A stretch of 64,000 nt of DNA from Leucoraja erinacea (Eukaryota): positions 43,958,001 through 44,022,000 of the forward strand of contig NC_073391.1 in assembly GCF_028641065.1 (NCBI RefSeq). The letters are read 5' to 3'. The stretch's first letter is position 1, and every line of letters begins with the position of its first letter. Made by a program: the position numbers and the translations under genes. Below, in pieces: positions 51,645 to 63,760 of this stretch. The notes under the pieces are model-generated. The model saw only the letters and a list, made by a program, of their open reading frames with translations. It did no database searches and was not told where the DNA came from.

Positions 51645-52005
51645 TAATGAATGAATGAATAAGTATATTGGCCAAGTATTCACATACAAGGAATTTGCCT
51701 TGGTGCTCTGCCCGCAAGTGACAACTTGACATACAGTGACAGTTAAGAATGATACATAAAACATTAAACATTAATAATAAAACATTATTGATTAAGCATG
51801 CAAATTAAATGAAATACCAGAGCAAAAAGAGGCTACCGATTTTTGGTTATTGAGTAGATCTACTACTCGTGGGAAAAAAAGCTGTTTTTATGTCTTGCTG
51901 TGGCAGCTTTGACAGTCCCGAGTCGCCTTCCAGAGGGAAGTGATTCAAAGAGTTTGTGGCCAGGGTGAGAGGGGCCAGAGATGATCTTACCCACTCGCTT
52001 CCTGG
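51645..52005 (-). mobile_element. Rex1-like LINE 3' end with a (ttca)n tail
   Basis: Minus-strand translation HPGHKLFESLPSGRRLGTVKAATARHKNSFFP; tail atgaatgaat. Confidence 0.65.
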
Positions 52006-52197
52006 CATAATGATGCATAATACAAATTATGCATCATTTTAAAATGGTAGACCATGCATGTTCACCTTCTTTCAATATATTTACCGATAAAGCACACTCT
52101 TCCGTGAGCATACATTATTTTATTTTATTTTAAGACTCTAATTTCAAATTGGGAGACTTTCGAATTCAGTAAAAAGTAATATCATGTTAGTTTAGTT

Positions 52198-55100
52198 ATA
52201 GAAACATAGAAACATAGAAATTAGGTGCAGGAGTAGGCCATTCGGCCCTTCGAGCCTGCACCGCCATTCAATATGATCATGGCTGATCATCCAACTCAGT
52301 ATCCAGTACCTGCCTTCTCTCCATACCCCCTGATCCCCTTAGCCACAAGGGCCACATCTAACTCCCTCTTAAATATAGCCAATGAACTGGCCTCAACTAC
52401 CCTCTGTGGCAGAGAGTTCCAGAGATTCACCACTCTCTGCGTGAAAAAAGTTCTTCTCATCTCGGTTTTAAAGGATTTCCCCTTTATCCTTAAGCTGTGA
52501 CCCCTGGTCCTGGACTTCCCCAACATCGGGAACAATCTTCCTGCATCTAGCCTGTCCAACCCCTTAAGAATTTTGTAAGTTTCTATAAGATCCCATCTCA
52601 ATCTTCTAAATTCTAGAGAGTATAAACCAAGTCTATCCAGTCTTTCTTCATAAGACAGTCCTGACATCCCAGGAATCAGTCTGGTGAACCATCTCTGCAC
52701 TCCCTCTATGGCAATAATGTCCTTCCTCAGATTTGGAGACCAAAACTGTACGCAATACTCCAGGTGTGGTCTCACCAAGACCCTGTACAACTGCAGTAGA
52801 ACCTCTCTGCTCCTATACTCAAATCCTTTTGCAATGAAAGCTAACATACCATTCGCTTTCTTTACTGCCTGCTGCACCTGCATGCCTACCTTCAATTACT
52901 GGTGTACCATGACACCCAGGTCTCGCTGCATCTCCCCCTTTCCCAATCGGCCACCATTTAGATAATAGTCTGCTTTCCTGTTTTTGCCACCAAAATGGAT
53001 AACCTCACATTTATCCACATTATACTGCATCTGCCAAACATTTGCCCACTCACCCAGCCTATCCAAGTCACCCTGCAGTCTCCTAGCATCCTCCTCACAG
53101 CTAACACTGCCCCCCAGCTTAGTGTCATCCGCAAACTTGGAGATATTGCCTTCAATTCCCTCATCCAGATCATTAATATATATTGTAAATAGCTGGGGTC
53201 CCAGTACTGAGCCTTGGGGTACCCCACTAGTCACTGCCTGCCATTGCGAAAAGGACCCGTTTACTCCTACTCTTTGCTTCCTGTTTGCCAGCCAGTTCTC
53301 TATCCACATCAATACTGAACCCCCAATGCCTTGTGCTTTAAGTTTGTATACTAATTTCTTATGTGGGACCTTGTCGAAAGCCTTCTGGAAGTCCAGATAC
53401 ACCACATCCACTGGTTCTCCCCTATCCACGCTACTAGTTACATCCTCGAAAAATTCTATAAGATTCGTCAGACATGATTTACCTTTCGTAAATCCATGCT
53501 GACTTTGTCCAATGATTTCACCACTTTCCAAATGTGCTGCTATCCCATCTTTAATAACTGACTCTAGCAGTTTCCCCACTACCGATGTTAGACTAACTGG
53601 TCTGTAATTCCCCATTTTCTCTCTCCCTCCCTTCTTAAAAAGTGAGGTTACGTTTGCTACCTGCCAATCTTCAGGAACTACTCCAGAATCTAAAGAGTTT
53701 TGAAAGATTATTACTAATGCATCCACTATTTCTGGAGCTACTTCCTTAAGTACTCTGGGATGCAGCCTATCTGGCCCTGGGGATTTATCGGCCTTTAATC
53801 CATTCAGTTTACCCAACACCACTTCCCGGCTAACCTGGATTTCACTCAATTCCTCCAACTCCTTTGACCCGCGGTCCCCTGCTATTTCCGGCAAATTATG
53901 TATGTCTTCCTTAGTGAAGACGGAACCAAAGTAGTTATTCAATTGGTCTGCCATATCCTTGTTCCCCATGATCAACTCACCTGTTTCTGACTGCAAGGGA
54001 CCTACATTTGTTTTAACTAATCTCTTTCTTTTCACATATCTATAAAAACCTTTTGCAGTCAGTTTTTATGTTCCCTGCCAGTTTTCTTTCATAATCTATT
54101 TTTCCTTTCCTAATTAAGCCCTTTGTCCTCCTCTGCTGGTCTCTGAATTTCTCCCAGTCCTCTGGTATACTGCTTTTTCTGGCTAATTTGTACGCATCAT
54201 CCTTCGCTTTGATACTATCCCTGATTTCCCTTGTTATCCACGGATGTATTACCTTCCCTGATTTATTCTTTTGCCAAACTGGGATGAACAATTTTTGTAG
54301 TTCATCCATGCAGTCTTTAAATGTCTTCCATTGCATATCCACCGTCAACCCTTTTAGAATTAATTGCCAGTCAATCTTGGCCAATTCACGTCTCATACCC
54401 TCAAAGTTACCTTTCTTTAAGTTCAGAACCATTGTTTCTGAATTAACAATGTCACTCTCCATCCTAATGAAGAACTCAACCATATTATGGTCACTCTTGC
54501 CCAAGGGGGCACGTACAACAAGATTGCTAACTAACCCTTCCTCATTACTCAATACCCAGTCTAAAATAGCCTGCTCTCTCGTTGGTTCCTCTACATGTTG
54601 ATTTAGATAACTATCCCGCATACATTCCAAGAAATCCTCTTCCTCAGCACCCCTGCCAATTTGATTCACCCAATCTATATGTAGATTGAAGTCACCCATT
54701 ATAACCGTTTTGCATTTGTCGCACGCATTTCTAATTTCCTGTTTGATACCATCTCCAACTTCACTACTACTGTTAGGTGGCCTGTACACAACACCCACCA
54801 GCGTTTTCTGCCCCTTAGTGTTTTGCAGCTCTACCCATACCGATTCCACATCCTCCAAACTAATGTCCTTCCTTTCCATTGCATTAATCCCCTCTCTAAT
54901 CAGTAACGCTACCCACACCTCCTTTTCCTTTCTGTCTATCCCTCCTGAATATTGAATATCCCTGGATGTTCAGCTCCCAGCCTTGGTCACCCTGGAGCCA
55001 TGTCTCCGTGATCCCAACTATATCATAGTCATTAATAGCTATCTGCACATTCAACTCATCCACCTTATTACGAATGCTCCTTGCATTGAGACACAAAGCC

Positions 55101-55325
55101 TTCAGGCTTGTTTATACAACACTCTTACCCCTTACACAATTATGTTGAAAAGTGGCCCTTTTTGATTTTTGCCCTGGTTTTGTCTGCCTGCCACTTTTAC
55201 TTTTCACCTTGCTACCTATTTCTTTTACCCTCATTTTACACCCTTCGGTCTCTACGTTCACACATTTAAGAAACCCTTTCCCTTCAACTCCATCCTCCAC
55301 TGTCCCATTCAACACCCCACCCCCC
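52198..55325 (-). mobile_element. CR1-clade LINE, ~3.1 kb, complete but disrupted ORF2 (APE endonuclease + reverse transcriptase), 5'-truncated
   Basis: CLNARSIRNK...GITETWL, MGDFN, SDHN (APE); [40 protein letters not shown] (RT); frameshifts near 54915 and 54045 and a stop at 52896-52898; (tttctatg)n tail. Confidence 0.95.
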
Positions 55326-55699
55326 TTATTCAGTTATAGCATCATACAGCGCAGAAACAGCCACGTCAGACCACAGAATCTGCACACACATTTCTAAAAT
55401 AATCCTATACAAATAATTTAATTCTTCAACATTTCGACTACCTCCTGTGTTCTGCCATTTCTCCAGCATTTTATGTCCATCTTTGGTGTAAACCTGCATC
55501 TGCAGTTCCTTCCTACACAAAGCATTTACCCAGATTGAATACACTGACATCGAACCTTATTCTTTTTTTTTTGAAACAACGGCACTCGACAGCTGCGATT
55601 TTAAAATTCCAATACAGTTGTTAATTTAGATAATTTGTCCTCTGGAGCAAATCTCAACTGGCTATTCCTGAAAGTAATCAGCTTTCCGTGGCAGAATCC

Positions 55700-56190
55700 T
55701 TGGCTCATCGATGGCGGCGTGTTCATCCAGAATACATTGCGCGCCAGAAAGCGCTGTATCAGTGCCGACAAGCGCCAGGTGCGCATGCGCTCGATGGCAG
55801 TCGGCTGTGGGCGCACGGAGACCGGGTGGTGGCGACGTCATGCGCAGCCGGTTGGAGGTTGTACGGATCCGTACTGTGGGTCGGGCTGGAGGGAGGGAGG
55901 GAGCGCCTGCCGTGATTAATATCCCATCGGCTCCTTCTCTCCTGACCTGGGACGGTCTTGCGGGCCGCTTCGGCGGAGTAATCGCCCACCGGCGGCTGCA
56001 AGGGCGACGAGTGGGCGCGGCCATCTTGGTGACACACTGGGGTCAGGGGGCGGTCTCCAACCCTGACCCCGCGGCGGCCGCGTCATTGGCCGCTCCGCAG
56101 ATGCGCGTCCCAACCTGAGCAGCGGGAGGCTGCAAAACATCCTTCGATGCAGGAGCAGGAGCAGGAAGCAGGAAGCCATTCGTTGCTCCG
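55700..56190. promoter_or_regulatory. CpG island; probable promoter of ZNF-C
   Basis: CpG-dense; NRF1 motif at 55780-55790; YY1-type GCGGCCATCTTG at 56017-56028. Confidence 0.7.
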
Positions 56191-56448
56191 CCATTCAGTA
56201 AGATTATTTGCATCCATGAATGCCGCATTCTGCATGTTTCTTGATCCCATCAAATGTCCAAAGCAATCGACATTCCTATTGAATGTAATCAAATGTATTC
56301 CTATTGAATGTGACCGAGCCGCCACTGTCCCGTTGGGGAACGGATTGCAAAGACTAGGAAGAAGCAGAGTTCTCTCTAATCTTTGGCAAGAAGTGTGTCG
56401 ACCCGAAACCTTTTCTCCAGAGATGCTGCCTATCCCGCAGGGCTACTC

Positions 56449-57437
56449 GCCCCATAGATCTGCTGTGCCAGTGCATTGAGCAAGTCAAAGACTGGATGTG
56501 CCAAAATTTTCTCCAACTAAATAAGGACAAAACGGAGATAATTGTTTTTGGTGCTAAAAAAGAAAGGCTTAGAGTAACCCAACACCTTCACTCTCTGACC
56601 CTGAAAACGTCAAACAAAGCCAGAAATCTTGGGGTCATTATGGATTCAGATTTAAATTTCGACAGTCACATCAAATCAGTAACAAAATCGGCCTACTATC
56701 ACCTCAAAAACGTAGCAAGATTAAGAGGACTCATGTCAGCTCAAGACTTAGAAAAATGTGTACATGCCTTTATTAATAGCAGGCTAGATTATTGTAACGG
56801 TCTCCTTGCAGGTCTTCCTAAAAAAACTGTCAGGCGGCTACAGCTTGTTCAGAACGCTGTTGCTAGAGTTCTAACAAAGACCAAAAAATTTGAACACATT
56901 ACACCAATTCTTAAATCCTTACATTGGCTCCCTGTATGTCAGAGAATTGATTTTAAAATCCTGCTGCTCACCTATAAATCACTACATGGTTTAGGACCAA
57001 AGTATATCACTGACATGCTTCCACTATATAAGCCTTCTAGACCGCTAAGATCTTCTGAAACCAATCTGTTAGTGATTCCCAGAATAAATACAAAACATGG
57101 GAAAGCAGGATTTAGTTACTATGCAACAAATAGCTGGAATAAACTTCCTGAAGATTTAAGACTTGCCTCAACTTTGACCACTTTTAAAACAAGACTGAAA
57201 ACTTTTATGTTTACTTTAGCTTTCAGCTAAATCTTAACTACATTGCACTTTTAACTTTTGCACTTTTTATAATGCATTTTTAATTTTGCTTTTCTTTTCT
57301 TTTAGTTCTATTTTATTTCTTTTTATTATTTCATTTTATTGTATGACATGTTTTTATGTGAAGCACTTTGAGTCTGCCTCGTGTATGAAATGTGCTATAT
57401 AAATAAAGTTGCCTTGCCTTGCCTTGCCTTGCCTTGC
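56449..57437 (+). mobile_element. L2-clade LINE 3' fragment with an uninterrupted ORF and a (gcctt)n tail
   Basis: PIDLLCQCIEQVKDWMCQNFLQLNKDKTE...SRLDYCN...HITPILKSLHWLPVCQRIDFK; 6-bp TSD ctactc at 56443-56448 and 57438-57443. Confidence 0.9.
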
Positions 57438-58199
57438 CTACTCCAGCATTTAGTGTCCAACTTCAGTGTAAACCAGCATCTGCAGTTCCTCACCTACCTT
57501 CGCTCAACAAATTCATCTCATCTTGGTGTTGAACGCCATCTCTTTATTTTGGGACTGTTGTGTGGATGCCCACCTGTACTTAGGTGAAGCCTGTGAAATA
57601 ATGTGGTACTTGCGTCCTGTCGGTCTGACGAAAGGTTCCGACCCGAAACGTCACCTATCCATGTTCTCCAGAGATGCTGCCTGACTCGCTGAATTATTCC
57701 AGCACCGTGCTCTTTTCTGTAAACCAACATCTGGAGTTCCTTGTTTCTACATTGTCCTGTATGTGTTTTGTTGTGAAGAGACTGCGGGTGGAGGGAGGGA
57801 ATGTGGTTTTGGATTTTTGCACAGGAAGAGAGATTTTGTGTGTCACTGAGATCGCAACTTACAAGCTTTGGGGAATAGGAAAGAATAGAATTAAACGGAC
57901 ATTCAAAAGCAAAACACGTGTAATTAAACCTGGTACATTAAATGTTTATTTCTCCACAGATTTTGCCTGACCTGCTGAGATTTGCAGCATCTTCTATTCT
58001 CTGCCATAAACATTAGAAATGTGTGTTCCGAATTCCTGCTCCATACTGGAGAGAAAACCTGCATACAGTTTTTGAGTGAAGATGGGACCAGATAACAAGT
58101 CAACTGTCTATTCCCTCCATGAATGTTGCCTGACCTCGCTGAGTTGCTCCAGCACTATGCGTTTCACTCAAGATTCCAGCATCTGCAGTTCCTTAGCCA

Positions 58200-58485
58200 A
58201 ACACCAGCTCATGGAAAAAGGCCCTTGAGCCCATAGAGTCTTTGCTCACCATCGATCACCTGTACACTAGTTCTATGCTATCCCACCCTACACACTAGGA
58301 GAAATTTACAGAAGCTGATTGACCTGCACGTCTTTGGTATGTGGGAGGAAATCAGAGCACCCAGAGTAAATCCACGTGGTTACAGTGAGACCCTACAAAC
58401 TCCGTACAGACAGCACCCGTAGTTGGGATCGAACCCGGGTCTCTGCTGTGAGGCAGCAGCTCTATCGCTGCACCACCGTGCCACC
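58200..58485 (-). mobile_element. V-SINE-type SINE upstream of the ZNF-C array
   Basis: Head, body and tail homology. Confidence 0.78.
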
Positions 58486-58582
58486 TTAGCTCACTGACTG
58501 TGTGGTGGGCGGAGGGGAGATACCGCTCATTTGCTTTTCCTGTTTTGTGATTGAGTTTTCAACTCAATTGTCCAACCTGGAG

Positions 58583-59641
58583 ATGCTGAAGAACACACGT
58601 AATACAGAGAGGCAGTGGAAATGCGGTGAATGTGGGAAAGGCTTCCGCTTCCGTTCACAGCTGGAAATACATCGTCGCAACCACACCGGGGAGAGGCCGT
58701 TCACCTGCTCCACATGTGGCAAAGGATTCACTCTGTCCTCCACCCTGCTGACACACCAGTCCATTCACACGGGGGAGAACCTGTTCACCTGCCCGGTGTG
58801 TGGCAAGGGATTCAATTTTTGGTCCCACCTGCTGAGACACCAGCGAGCCCACAGTGACAAGCGGCCGTCTCGCTGTCCGCGCTGTCGGAAGAGGTTCAAG
58901 AGCGCCGAGGATCTGGCCAAACACCAGCTCGTCCACACGGAGAGGCGTTTCTGTTGCTCCCGCTGTGGGAAGGTGTTCAAGCGATTGCCCAACCTCGTGG
59001 AGCATCAGCACAGTCACACTGGGGCGAGGCCCTTCTCCTGCTCTGTGTGCGGGAAGGGATTCACGAGGTCATCCACCCTCCTAACGCACCAGAGCGTTCA
59101 CAACGGGGAGAAGCCCTTCCCCTGCTCCTTGTGCGGGAAGGGCTTCACGCGGCCATCCAACCTCGCCACCCACCAGCTCGTCCACACCGACGAGAAGCCT
59201 TTCGGGTGTTCCGTCTGCGAGAAGACCTTTAAAGCCTCCAGGGATCTGCTGAGGCACCAGCCGGTCCACTCCGGGGAGAGGCCATTCACCTGCTCCGTGT
59301 GCGGGAAGGCGTTCAGCCTCTCCTCCAGTCTTCTGACCCACCGACGCAGTCACTCCGGGGAGAAGCCCTTTGCCTGCCCCATGTGCGGCAAGCGGTTCAT
59401 GTACTCGTCCCACTACACCGAACACCAGCTGGTTCACTCTGAGCACAGGCCTTTTAAATGTGCCGAATGCGAGAAAAGTTTTAAAAGCACAAAGGACCTG
59501 CTGAAACACCAGCGCATCCACACCGGGGAGAGACCCTTCATCTGCTCTATATGTGGGAAAGGGTTCACTCGCTCGTCCCACCTAATGAGGCACCAGCGGG
59601 TTCACAGAAGGCTGCAGAGTTTGGATGCTGACTTCTTTTAG
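58583..59641 (+). CDS. C2H2 zinc-finger protein, ~352 aa, 12 fingers (ZNF-C)
   Basis: Intact finger array; first ATG at 58583; the frame is open from 58502 through a degenerate finger. Confidence 0.9.
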   Translation: MLKNTRNTERQWKCGECGKGFRFRSQLEIHRRNHTGERPFTCSTCGKGFTLSSTLLTHQSIHTGENLFTCPVCGKGFNFWSHLLRHQRAHSDKRPSRCPRCRKRFKSAEDLAKHQLVHTERRFCCSRCGKVFKRLPNLVEHQHSHTGARPFSCSVCGKGFTRSSTLLTHQSVHNGEKPFPCSLCGKGFTRPSNLATHQLVHTDEKPFGCSVCEKTFKASRDLLRHQPVHSGERPFTCSVCGKAFSLSSSLLTHRRSHSGEKPFACPMCGKRFMYSSHYTEHQLVHSEHRPFKCAECEKSFKSTKDLLKHQRIHTGERPFICSICGKGFTRSSHLMRHQRVHRRLQSLDADFF

Positions 59642-59920
59642 ACTTTAGAGATACAGCACGGAAACAGGCCCTATGGCCCAACGCGTCCGTGTCGACTAAC
59701 GATTACCCCGTGCACATATCACTATCCTAAACACTGGGGACAATTTACAAATTTTACCAAAGCCAATTAACGTACAACATGCACGTCTTTGGACCAGGAG
59801 AAAGCAGGAGCACCCGGAGAAAACCCAGCGGGTCACAGAGAGAACATACAAACTCCATACAGACAGCACCCGTCGTCATGATCAAACCTGGGTCTCTGGC
59901 GTTGCGTCACCGTGCTGCCC
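59635..59920 (-). mobile_element. HE1/V-SINE-type SINE overlapping the ZNF-C stop codon
   Basis: The tail tttagactttagagatacagc begins at the ORF end. Confidence 0.82.
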
Positions 59921-60939
59921 TCCGTTTTGCTCTGCTGCTGTTAATCACATCCAGGCATAAACTGCGTTCATGCTGCTGATGTTACTGTCTGGAAATTCCC
60001 AGGTATAGACGATGGGTGAGAAACCTACCAAATAACAAAGGACCTATATTGAGTGGATGTAGAGAGGTTGTTTCCAGAGGTGGCAGGATCTAATACAAGA
60101 GGGCACAGCCTCAGAATAAAACAACGTACCTTTAGAATGAGGATGAGGAGGATTTTTTTTGTTTTAGCCACAAGGTGGTGAATCTGTAGAATTCATTGCC
60201 ACAGATGGCTGTGGAGGCCAAGATATGGGATATTTTTAAAGCTGAGATTGATAGTTTCTTGATTAGTAAGGACGTCAAAGGTTACGGGGAGAAGACAAGG
60301 GAAAATTGAGAGGGAAAAATAGATTGGCCACAATGGCAGAGCTGGATGGGCTGAATGGCCTAACTCTGCTTATCTGTCTTATGTCTATTAAATCAGAATT
60401 TGTTTCGAGCATTCTGCTGATCAAACCAAGACAGGATGGGACCAACTGATATTCTAGAAAATTGCAGTGTTCATACTTTTATACCTTGTGTTATGTTATT
60501 TTCTACCCCATTCCTACCCATGCAATTGGTCACTAAACCTAGAATCACTTTCAGCTACTGGACTCTGTATTCTGTAGCATGATCTTTTAAAGTGTGAATA
60601 GTGTTTCAGCCCAGCAAACTTTTTGCTTTTAAAAATAAATTATTAAACCAGTATTTTAACAAAAAGCCTTCATTTCGGCAGTAGTGAGCTTCTGTACTGT
60701 GCTCAATTTTCCTATAAAGTAGAATGACTGAATGTCTGCCTCTTATGAAAGATGTTACTGCGAAATGTCCATTGATATTAAACAAATTTCCTTTTGTTTT
60801 GTTGAGGAAATGTGCTCCATAACGATGTAAAACGTCTTTCTCTGGAATGCTGGAAGTTGAGGGGAGACCTGATAGAAATAAATAAAATTATGAGAGGCAT
60901 AGATAGAGTGTCTGAACCTTTCTCAAGTTGGGAAGTCCA

Positions 60940-61637
60940 ATGAGATCTGGGGGTCGTTGTTAATCAGTCATGGAAAGTAAGCATGCAGGCAGTGAAGAAA
61001 ACGAATGGCATGTTGGCCTTCATAACGAGAGGAGTTGAGTGTAAGAGCAAAGAGGTCCTTCTGCACTTGTACAGGACCCTACTGAGACCATACCTGGGGC
61101 AGTTTTGGTCTGCTAATTTGAGGAAGGACATCCTTGCTATTGAGGGAGTGCACCATACGTTCACAAGGTTAATTCCCGGTATGGCGGGTCTGTCATCTGT
61201 TGATTGAAGGGAGCGGCTGAGCTTGTACACTCTGGAATTTAGAAGGATGAGAGGGCATCTTTTTGAAACATATAAGATTATTAAGAATTTGGACACGCTA
61301 GACGCTAGACAACATGTTCCCGATGTTGGGGGAGTCCAGAACCAGGGGCCACAGTTTACGAATAAGGGGGAAACCATTTAGAACGGAGATGAGGAAAAAC
61401 TTTTTCACACAGAAGGTTGTGAATCTGTGGAATTCTCTGCCTCAGAAGGCACTGGAGGCCAATTGACTATGCTTTCAAGAGAGAGTTGGAAAGAGCTCTT
61501 AAAGAAAGCAGAGTCAGGGGATATGTGGAAAAGGCAGGAACGGGGCACTGGTTGTGGATGATCAGCCATGATCACAGTGAATGATGGTGCTGGCTCCAAG
61601 GGACGAATGGCCTACTCCTGCATCTATTGTCTATTGT
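60940..61637 (+). mobile_element. CR1-type LINE 3' fragment (tattgtc-tail subfamily)
   Basis: QAVKKTNGMLAFITRGVECKSKEVLL. Confidence 0.85.
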
Positions 61638-61866
61638 CCCTGGGTGGAAATGTCAAAGATTTGAGTGCTTAGCTTTAAAGTGAGAATGGCAAAGTTTGAA
61701 GGAGAAGTGCGGGACACGTTATTTTTAATTGGAACTTGATGGGTGCCTGGAACATATTGGAGGTAGTTTAGTTTAGTTTACCTTCACCTGTACTGAGGTA
61801 TAGTGAAAACCTTTTGTGGCGTGTTAACCAGGCAGCAACAAGACAATACATTATCACAAGTATACC

Positions 61867-62170
61867 ATAGAAACATAGAAAATAGGTGCAGGAGTAGGCC
61901 ATTCGGCCTTTCGAGCCTGCACCGCCATTCAATATGATCATGGCTGATCATCCAACTCAGTATCCTGTACCTACCTTCTCTCCATACCCCCTGATCCCTT
62001 TAGCCACAAGGGCCACATCTAACTCCCTCTTAGATATAGCCAATGAACTGGCCTCAACTACCTTCTGTGGCAGAGAATTCCAGAGATTCACCACTCTCTG
62101 TGTGAAAAATGTTTTCCTCATCTCGGTCCTAAAAGATTTCCCCCTTATCCTTAAACTGTGACCCCTTGTT
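61867..62170 (-). mobile_element. CR1-type LINE 3' fragment
   Basis: Young CR1 3' end with tail. Confidence 0.9.
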
Positions 62171-62744
62171 TTGAAAATATCGAGGTAGATTATTTAGTGG
62201 TGTTTGAGGCTTTTGGATGGGCATGTAGTTATGGAGGGATATGGATCATGTACAGGTATGACATTAGTTTAACATGGCATCATGTTTAGCAAAACATTGC
62301 AGGTTGATGGGCCTGTTCTTGTGCTATTGTGCTGTACGGTTAAATGTTCTATGGAATCAAGATCTAGGAAAGAAAAAGTCAGCCAGGCTGCGTCACTGTA
62401 GAACATGGATGGCAAACGTTTCGGGTTGGGAACTTTCATCAGACTGATTGTTGTGTGAAGGGGGGGAAACTGGAAGAAAGGAGGGGCAAGACAAAGCCTG
62501 GCAAGTGATGGGTGGATACAGGTGAGAGGAAGAGTTTCATAGGCAGATGATTCGACAGAGGCCAAAGATGAAATGACAACTTGTGTGAGTTCAGGATAGA
62601 AGAGGAATTGTGAAGCCTGAGGAAGCAATAGAGGTGGCATGGGGGGGGGGGAGGGGAGAAATAAATGTGAATCTAGGTGGGGCACAGGGAAGTGGGGGGA
62701 AGGGGGAAAATGGGCGTTAGTCCAGGTGGTGAATCTGTAACTAG

Positions 62745-63042
62745 TTTCAGTTTAGTTTAGAGCTGCAGTGTAGGAGAACACCCTTCCACTATGTTCGCGC
62801 TAACCAGCGATCACCCTGTATGCTAGTGCTATCCGACGTGCTAGGTAAAATGTACAGAAGCCAATTAACCTACTAACCCGCACATCTTTCGAATGTGTGG
62901 GGAAACCGGAATACCCAGAGGAAACCCACATGCTCACTGGAAGAAAGTACAAAGTCCGAACAGACAACTCCCGTAGTCAGGATCGACCCTGGGTCCCTGG
63001 CACTGGAAGGCAGCAACCCTGCTGCTGCGCCATAGTGCTGCC
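62745..63042 (-). mobile_element. V-SINE-type SINE (diverged)
   Basis: Head, body and tail homology. Confidence 0.7.
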
Positions 63043-63334
63043 CTACACCTGGAAAATGTGAAAATCTGGTTTTGTAAGCAGCAAGTCCCCCCACACCAGG
63101 TTTTTCCTTTGTTCCTTCCCTCATATTTTTAAATGTGTGTATAATATATATATACACAAACATGTTTATATATATATACACAAATACTGAACTCTTTTCT
63201 CCTTTATTATGTTGTTTACATATTCTGTTGTGCTGCTGCAAGTAAGAATGTCATTGTTCTATCTGGGTCATTTGAAAATAAAACACGCTTGACTCTTGAA
63301 CTGGAGAGATTGGGGAGAAGAATTGTTGTCACCA

Positions 63335-63760
63335 AAAGGGCGTGCAATGGCGACGTGATCACCCAGAATTCCTGCGCATCAGAAACGGCCCCATCGGTGA
63401 AGACTGGGTTCCACTGCGCCTGCGCAGAATCGGGCAATGCCTCGAGCATGCGCAGTGTGCAGAGTGGAGAGGGACAAAGGCGGGCCCGACGGGTCGTAGA
63501 ACGGTCGGTATTTGTGAGTGTCGGGGTGGAAATGGACTGGCTGGTGGGTGATAGAGCGATATGAACACCCGGTGTAGACCTCAGGGTTTAATTAAAGGCT
63601 CCCGCGCCCAGTACTTCTGGAACCCGACTGCCAGTCACAGAACAACCGGGCAGCCGGCCGCCATTTTGGACACGGCGAAACCAGGGCGCATGCGCGATTA
63701 CCTTGGTCCCGGGCACTGAGTGGGGGCGGCTCGACTGAACTGGGTCCTAGTGCCCGGGTA
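63335..63760. promoter_or_regulatory. CpG island with NRF1 and YY1 motifs; its gene probably lies beyond the window
   Basis: TGCGCCTGCGCA at 63415-63426, GCGCATGCGCG at 63686-63696, GCCGCCATTTTG at 63657-63668. Confidence 0.7.
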
